From: Macrostomum lignano
Lineage: Eukaryota
Reading direction: 5' to 3'
DNA: 64,000 nucleotides
NCBI GenBank assembly: GCA_002269645.1
Contig: NIVC01002119.1
Coordinates: forward strand, 62,001-126,000
The position numbers were made by a program, and so were the translations under genes. Below are positions 57,593 through 64,000 of this stretch, one piece after another. Below the pieces are notes generated by a model, which saw only the letters and a list, made by a program, of their open reading frames with translations, made no database searches and had not been told where the DNA came from. The first letter of the stretch is position 1; every line of letters begins with the position of its first letter.

Positions 57593-58591
57593 ATGTCCTT
57601 GCTGCTGTGGCACAGCCCGTCTGCCTTCGCAACTGCCCCGCCGCCTCAGACAGCGCAGCTTCGCCCTCCACCTCCGTCAACATCTGCTGCACAGTTTTCG
57701 CTGCCGCAGCAGCAGCAGCAGCAGGTGCACCATCAGCACCATCAGCACCATCACCTCATTGGCCAGCAGCTCCAGCAGCAGGCTGAGCAGCCGCAGAAGC
57801 CGCAGCGCCAGAAACGGCGCCGCTCCCAAGCGGAGACACCCCGGTTAAGTCTGTCTGAAAAACTCGCTCTGGTTGGCGCCTACGCGCGCTGCATCGAGAC
57901 TGGCGCCCTGCCCGGCCGCGCCCTCATCGAGGCGGGCCGGCCGCCCGAGCTGAGCGAGCGTCATTGGAAGCAGCTGAAAGACAACATCCGGCACGCCATC
58001 AATTCCTATCGGGACTTCCGGCTGCGCAGGCCGCCTCCAGCCCCGCCTGCCGACTCGCCCGAATTCCTCCGCCACTACATGGGCAGGCGGGGCGCCGCTA
58101 CCGCCGTGGCTGCAGCCGCTGCCGCCGCCAGCTCGGGCGGCCTCCCGCTGCCGCACGCTGCCCAGCCGCCAACGCAGCCTCCGGCCACGCTGCCTCATCC
58201 TCATCCCGTGTCTGCGTTGCCCAGACTGTCCTCCCTTGTGATGGATGGCAACTATGTGTCCCTAAGCGCGGCAGCGGCCGCTGCGGCTGCAGCTTCCAGC
58301 GCTCCTCAACAACAACAGCCGCAACCGCCTCCGCCGCCGCCTCCGCCGCCGCCGCAGCAGCCGAAGAAGAGGCGGCCCCGCGAATCCACAGGCGTGACGC
58401 GGCTGACGGCACAGGAGAAGCGCGAGTTGAACCGCGCCTTTCGTCAGCAAATCGAGGAGGGCCGCCTGCCCGGCCGGTCGACCATCGAGGCGCTGCGGCC
58501 GCCGTCTCTGCTAGAAAAGTCCTGGCGCCAGCTGAAAGACAGTGTGCGCTGGTCCATACAGCTGTACAAGCGGGGCAGGCTCGCGTTCTGA
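57593..58591 (+). CDS. Uncharacterised 332-aa protein with Q/H/P/A-rich tracts and two ~55-aa SANT/Myb-like helical repeats; putative nuclear DNA- or chromatin-binding factor
   Basis: Long GC3-rich ORF. Repeats RLSLSEKLALVGAYARCIETGALPGRALIEAGRPPELSERHWKQLKDNIRHAI and RLTAQEKRELNRAFRQQIEEGRLPGRSTIEALRPPSLLEKSWRQLKDSVRWSI, each preceded by a basic cluster (KRRR, KKRR). ATG directly follows TTGCAG. Confidence 0.78.
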   Translation: MSLLLWHSPSAFATAPPPQTAQLRPPPPSTSAAQFSLPQQQQQQVHHQHHQHHHLIGQQLQQQAEQPQKPQRQKRRRSQAETPRLSLSEKLALVGAYARCIETGALPGRALIEAGRPPELSERHWKQLKDNIRHAINSYRDFRLRRPPPAPPADSPEFLRHYMGRRGAATAVAAAAAAASSGGLPLPHAAQPPTQPPATLPHPHPVSALPRLSSLVMDGNYVSLSAAAAAAAAASSAPQQQQPQPPPPPPPPPPQQPKKRRPRESTGVTRLTAQEKRELNRAFRQQIEEGRLPGRSTIEALRPPSLLEKSWRQLKDSVRWSIQLYKRGRLAF

Positions 58592-58778
58592 CGCCTGAAG
58601 CCTCCCCAGTTGTGTTGCTCCCAGATTTTCATTCATGTTTGGTTAACTGCATAAATTTTATCTGACACTGTTGTAGTTGCTGTTGAACTGAACTGTTTTG
58701 TCTACCTCTGTACCACCTTATTAATCCGTTTTAGCGATATCTTACTTGTAGCGATTGCGGCACTCTAGCTCAGAGCGT

Positions 58779-59834
58779 CCCCAACTCACCTCTGACTCTG
58801 CACTCCCCAACTCACCTATGACTCTGCACTCCCCAACTCACCTCTGACTCTGCACCCCCAACTCACCTCTGACTCTGCACCCCCAACTCATATCTGACTC
58901 TGCACCCTCAACTCACCTCTGACTCTGCACCCCCAACTCACCTCTGACTCTGCACCCCCAACTCACCTCTGACTCTGCACCCCCAACTCACCTCTGACTC
59001 TGCACCCCCAACTCACCTCTGACTCTGCACCCCCAACTCACCTCTGACTCTGCACCCCCAACTCACCTCTGACTCTGCACCCCCAACTCACCTCTGATTC
59101 TGCACCCCCAACTCACCTCTGACTCAACACTCCCAACTCACCTCTGACTCAACTCTCCCCAACTCATATCTGACTCTGCACTCACCAACTCATATCTGAC
59201 TCTGCACTCCCCAACTCATATCTGACTCTGCACTCCCCAACTCATATCTGACTCTGCACTCCCCAACTCATATCTGACTCAACTCTCCCCAACTCATATC
59301 TGACTCTGCACTCACCAACTCATATCTGACTCTGCACTCCCCAACTCATATCTGACTCTGCACTCCCCAACTCATATCTGACTCTGCACTCCCCAACTCA
59401 TATCTGACTCAACTCTCCCCAACTCATATCTGACTCAACACTCCCCAACTCATATCTGACTCTGCACTCCCCAACTCACCTCTGACTCAACACTCCCAAC
59501 TCACCTCTGACTCAACTCTCCCCAACTCATATCTGACTCTGCACTCCCCAACTCACCTCTGACTCAACACTCCCCAACTCACCTCTGACTCAACACTGCC
59601 AACTCACCTCTGACTCAACACTCCCAACTCACCTCTGACTCAACTCTCCCCAACTCACCTCTGACTCAACACTCCCAACTCACCTCTGACTCAACTCTCC
59701 CCAACTCACCTCTGACTCAACACTCCCAACTCACCTCTGACTCAACTCTCCCCAACTCATATCTGACTCTGCACTCCCCAACTCACCTCTGACTCAACAC
59801 TCCCCAACTCACCTCTGACTCAACACTGCCAACT
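58779..59834. repeat. ~25-bp minisatellite (GACTCTGCACCCCCAACTCACCTCT and variants), ~42 copies
   Basis: Direct periodicity, with variant units drifting along the array. Confidence 0.95.
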
Positions 59835-60379
59835 AGTGCTAGTGTTTTTAGAAGTTCTGAACCGCCTGTGTATGATGATGAAAGGCCATCAAATGGCTGC
59901 TCATATCTGCTGCAATCGCAGCGCATCACTCCAAAACCCTATCAATCAGTTTACTTGTGGATGTTTACCAAATAAATTGACTGTCTGGAATGCATTGAAA
60001 CTGATTCAGATTTTCAATATTGCAGCCCCTGCTCCGCGACTCTGTTCTGTTAAATTGTTGTGCAGTTTCAAACTGTTTAAATCTTCTATGTTGTTTTGAA
60101 GTGTAAGCCATTTTTCTGTGAATATATTTTAATCTTGGTTATGGCGCTAAAGTATTGTTCTGCATGGGATCATGCCCTCCCGTGTCTGCAATTCCTCTCT
60201 GTGTTGTCTGTAGCAGATCTGTGCGAACCACACGCGGTTGAATAGATTGAGAATAATCTCCTTGCAATATTACACACGTGTATTTAGTTTTACTGCGATT
60301 GTATTGATGTTGCTGAACTGACTTTGCCTTGCCGACTTCATCCCTTTTTTACCTGCGACACCCACCTAATTTTACCACC

Positions 60380-63300
60380 AAACCCTCCTGTCTCCCTCTA
60401 CCCAACCCTCCTGTCTTCCTCTACCCAAACCCCCGTCTCCCTCTACCCAACCCTCCTGTCTCCCTCTACCCAACCCTCCCGTCTCCCTCTACCCAACCCC
60501 CGTCTCCCTCTACCCAACCCTCCTGTCTTCCTCTACCCAACCCCCCGTCTCCCTCTACCCAACCCCCCGTCTCCCTCTACCCAACCCTCCTGTCTCCCTC
60601 TACCCAACCCTCCTGTCTCCCTCTACCCAACCCTCCTGTCTCCCTCTACCCAACCCCCGTCTCCCTCTACCCAACCCTCCTGTCTCCCTCTACCCAACCC
60701 TCCTGTCTCCCTCCACCCAACCCCCCGTCTCCCTCTACCCAACCCCCCGTCTCCCTCTACCCAACCCTCCTGTCTTCCTCTACCCAACCCCCGTCTCCCT
60801 CTACCCAACCCCCCGTCTCCCTCTACCCAACCCTCCTGTCTCCCTCTACCCAACCCTCCCGTCTCCCTCTACCCAACCCCCCGTCTCCCTCTACCCAACC
60901 CTCCTGTCTTCCTCTACCCAACCCCCCGTCTCCCTCTACCCAACCCCCCGTCTCCCTCTACCCAACCCTCCTGTCTCCCTCTACCCAACCCTCCTGTCTC
61001 CCTCTACCCAACCCTCCTGTCTCCCTCTACCCAACCCCCCGTCTCCCTCTACCCAACCCTCCTGTCTCCCTCTACCCAACCCTCCTGTCTCCCTCCACCC
61101 AACCCCCCGTCTCCCTCTACCCAACCCCCCGTCTCCCTCTACCCAACCCTCCTGTCTCCCTCTACCCAACCCTCCTGTCTCCCTCTACCCAACCCTCCTG
61201 TCTCCCTCTACCCAACCCCCCGTCTCCCTCTACCCAACCCTCCTGTCTCCCTCTACCCAACCCTCCTGTCTCCCTCCACCCAACCCCCCGTCTCCCTCTA
61301 CCCAACCCCCGTCTCCCTCTACCCAACCCTCCTGTCTTCCTCTACCCAACCCCCCGTCTCCCTCTACCCAACCCCCCGTCTCCCTCTACCCAACCCCCCG
61401 TCTCCCTCTACCCAACCCCCGTCTCCCTCTACCCAACCCCCGTCTCCCTCTACCCAACCCCCGTCTCCCTCTACTTAACCCCCCGTCTCCCTCTACCCAA
61501 CCCCCGTCTCCCTCTACCCAACCCCCCGTCTCCCTCTACCCAACCCCCCGTCTCCCTCTACCCAACCCCCGTCTCCCTCTACCCAACCCCCCGTCTCCCT
61601 CTACCCACCCCCGTCTCCCTCTACCCACCCCCGTCTCCCTCTACCCACCCCCGTCTCCCTCTACCCACCCCCGTCTCCCTCTACCCACCCCGTCTCCCTC
61701 TACCCACCCCATCTCCCTCTCTCCCCAACCCTCCTGTCTCCTTCTACCCAACCCTCCCATCTCCCTCTATCCAACCCATTCGTCTCCATCTACCCACCCC
61801 CGTCTCCCTCTACCCACCCCGTCTCCCTCCCCCAACCCTCCCATCTCCCTCTACCCAACCCTCCCATCTCCCTCTACCCAACCCTCCTGTCTTCCTCTAC
61901 CCAACCCCCCGTCTCCCTCTACCCAACCCCGTCTCCCTCTACCCAACCCTCCTGTCTCCCTCTACCCAACCCTCCTGTCTCCCTCTACCCAACCCTCCTG
62001 TCTCCCTCTACCCAACCCCCGTCTCCCTCTACCCAACCCTCCTGTCTCCCTCTACCCAACCCTCCTGTCTCCCTCCACCCAACCCCCCGTCTCCCTCTAC
62101 CCAACCCCCCGTCTCCCTCTACCCAACCCTCCTGTCTCCCTCTACCCAACCCTCCTGTCTCCCTCTACCCAACCCTCCTGTCTCCCTCTACCCAACCCCC
62201 GTCTCCCTCTACCCAACCCTCCTGTCTCCCTCTACCCAACCCTCCTGTCTCCCTCCACCCAACCCCCGTCTCCCTCTACCCAACCCCCGTCTCCCTCTAC
62301 CCAACCCTCCTGTCTTCCTCTACCCAACCCCCGTCTCCCTCTACCCAACCCCCGTCTCCCTCTACCCAACCCCCGTCTCCCTCTACCCAACCCCCGTCTC
62401 CCTCTACCCAACCCCCGTCTCCCTCTACCCAACCCCCGTCTCCCTCTACTTAACCCCCCGTCTCCCTCTACCCAACCCCCGTCTCCCTCTACCCAACCCC
62501 CGTCTCCCTCTACCCAACCCCCCGTCTCCCTCTACCCAACCCCCGTCTCCCTCTACCCAACCCCCGTCTCCCTCTACCCACCCCCGTCTCCCTCTACCCA
62601 CCCCCGTCTCCCTCTACCCACCCCCGTCTCCCTCTACCCACCCCGTCTCCCTCTACCCACCCCCATCTCCCTCTCCCCCAACCCTCCTGTCTCCTTCTAC
62701 CCAACCCTCCCATCTCCCTCTATCCAACCCATTCGTCTCCATCTACCCACCCCGTCTCCCTCTACCCACCCCCGTCTCCCTCCCCCCAACCCTCCCATCT
62801 CCCTCTACCCAACCCTCCCATCTCCCTCTACCCAACCCTCCTGTCTCCCTCTACCCAACCCTCCTGTCTCCCTCTACCCAACCCCCCGTCTCCCTCTACC
62901 CAACCCTCCTGTCTCCCTCTACCCAACCCTCCTGTCTCCCTCCACCCAACCCCCGTCTCCCTCTACCCAACCCCCGTCTCCCTCTACCCAACCCTCCTGT
63001 CTCCCTCTACCCAACCCTCCTGTCTCCCTCTACCCAACCCTCCTGTCTCCCTCTACCCAACCCCCCGTCTCCCTCTACCCAACCCTCCTGTCTCCCTCTA
63101 CCCAACCCTCCTGTCTCCCTCCACCCAACCCCCCGTCTCCCTCTACCCAACCCCCCGTCTCCCTCTACCCAACCCTCCTGTCTTCCTCTACCCAACCCCC
63201 GTCTCCCTCTACCCAACCCCCGTCTCCCTCTACCCAACCCCCCGTCTCCCTCTACCCAACCCCCCGTCTCCCTCTACCCAACCCCCGTCTCCCTCTACCC

Positions 63301-63705
63301 AACCCCCGTCTCCCTCTACTTAACCCCCCGTCTCCCTCTACCCAACCCCCGTCTCCCTCTACCCAACCCCCCGTCTCCCTCTACCCAACCCCCGTCTCCC
63401 TCTACCCAACCCCCCGTCTCCCTCTACCCAACCCCCGTCTCCCTCTACCCACCCCGTCTCCCTCTACCCACCCCGTCTCCCTCTACCCACCCCCGTCTCC
63501 CTCTACCCACCCCGTCTCCCTCTACCCACCCCATCTCCCTCTCTCCCCAACCCTCCTGTCTCCTTCTACCCAACCCTCCCATCTCCCTCTATCCAACCCA
63601 TTCGTCTCCATCTACCCACCCCCGTCTCCCTCTACCCACCCCCGTCTCCCTCCCCCAACCCTCCATCTCCCTCTACCCAACCCTCCCATCTCCCTCTACC
63701 CAACC
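60380..63705. repeat. 21-23-bp C-rich minisatellite (GTCTCCCTCTACCCAACCC[CC/TCCT]), ~150 copies, with higher-order triplication
   Basis: Direct periodicity. Rare variants ACTTAACC (~61473, 62449, 63318) and TATCCAACCCATTCG (~61769, 62722, 63590) each recur three times. Confidence 0.96.
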
Positions 63706-63740
63706 CCCGTCTCCCGCTGCCCAACTCCCCCCAACCCCAG

Positions 63741-64000
63741 CAACTCACGCACTGCCGGTGCCCGCCCGCAGTACGGCTGGGTCCGCACCAAACTGCAGGG
63801 CGCCGGAGGCCGCGCCTCTGAGTCGCTGCTGCCGCTGTTCAATCGCGGAGACGCGGCCACCTCGTCCAGCAGCTCGGCTTCCACCGGCTTCGGCCTACTG
63901 GCCTCGTCGGCCTCCTCGTCATCGCTGTCGGCGAATTCCTCGGCTACTGCGGCGGTGGCCTCTTCAACTGGCGATCACCTGGCTGGAGCCGCCGCGGGGA
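63741..64000. CDS. Probable GC-rich exon of an unidentified gene, strand unresolved
   Basis: Plus: CCCCAG acceptor at 63740, then an open frame NSRTAGARPQYGWVRTKLQGAGGRASESLLPLFNRG... to the edge. Minus: acidic frame EEATAAVAEEFADSDDEEADE... ending at a GTGAGT donor at 63748. Confidence 0.45.

Noticed and set aside
60324-61478. 384-aa proline-rich ORF
   Set aside because: It is the translation of the C-rich minisatellite. Unit lengths vary between 21, 22 and 23 bp, so frame is not conserved, and it starts at TTG.

Overview
Eukaryotic (metazoan) genomic DNA with GT-AG introns, GC-rich coding exons and a very high density of unrelated minisatellites. The style resembles the free-living flatworm Macrostomum; this is inference and was not verified. 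Genes reconstructed by hand from splice sites and phase continuity: (1) a multi-exon minus-strand RhoGEF of the PLEKHG5/7 type that runs off the left edge; (2) a two-exon RPA-interacting protein (RPAIN); (3) a three-exon ARL8 small GTPase whose first exon lies in an AT-rich island; (4) a three-exon neuropeptide F/Y-type GPCR on the plus strand, with a degenerate piggyBac in intron 1 and a ~1.9 kb palindrome in intron 2; (5) three intronless CYP2-clan cytochrome P450 genes; (6) an unidentified 332-aa protein with two copies of a SANT/Myb-like helical domain; (7) a probable exon at the right edge. Mobile elements: the TTAA-flanked piggyBac, a Harbinger deletion derivative with a CAG target-site duplication, and a small MITE with an 8-bp duplication. 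About 25 distinct tandem arrays produce most of the long ORFs in the supplied track. No rRNA, tRNA or CRISPR array is supported.
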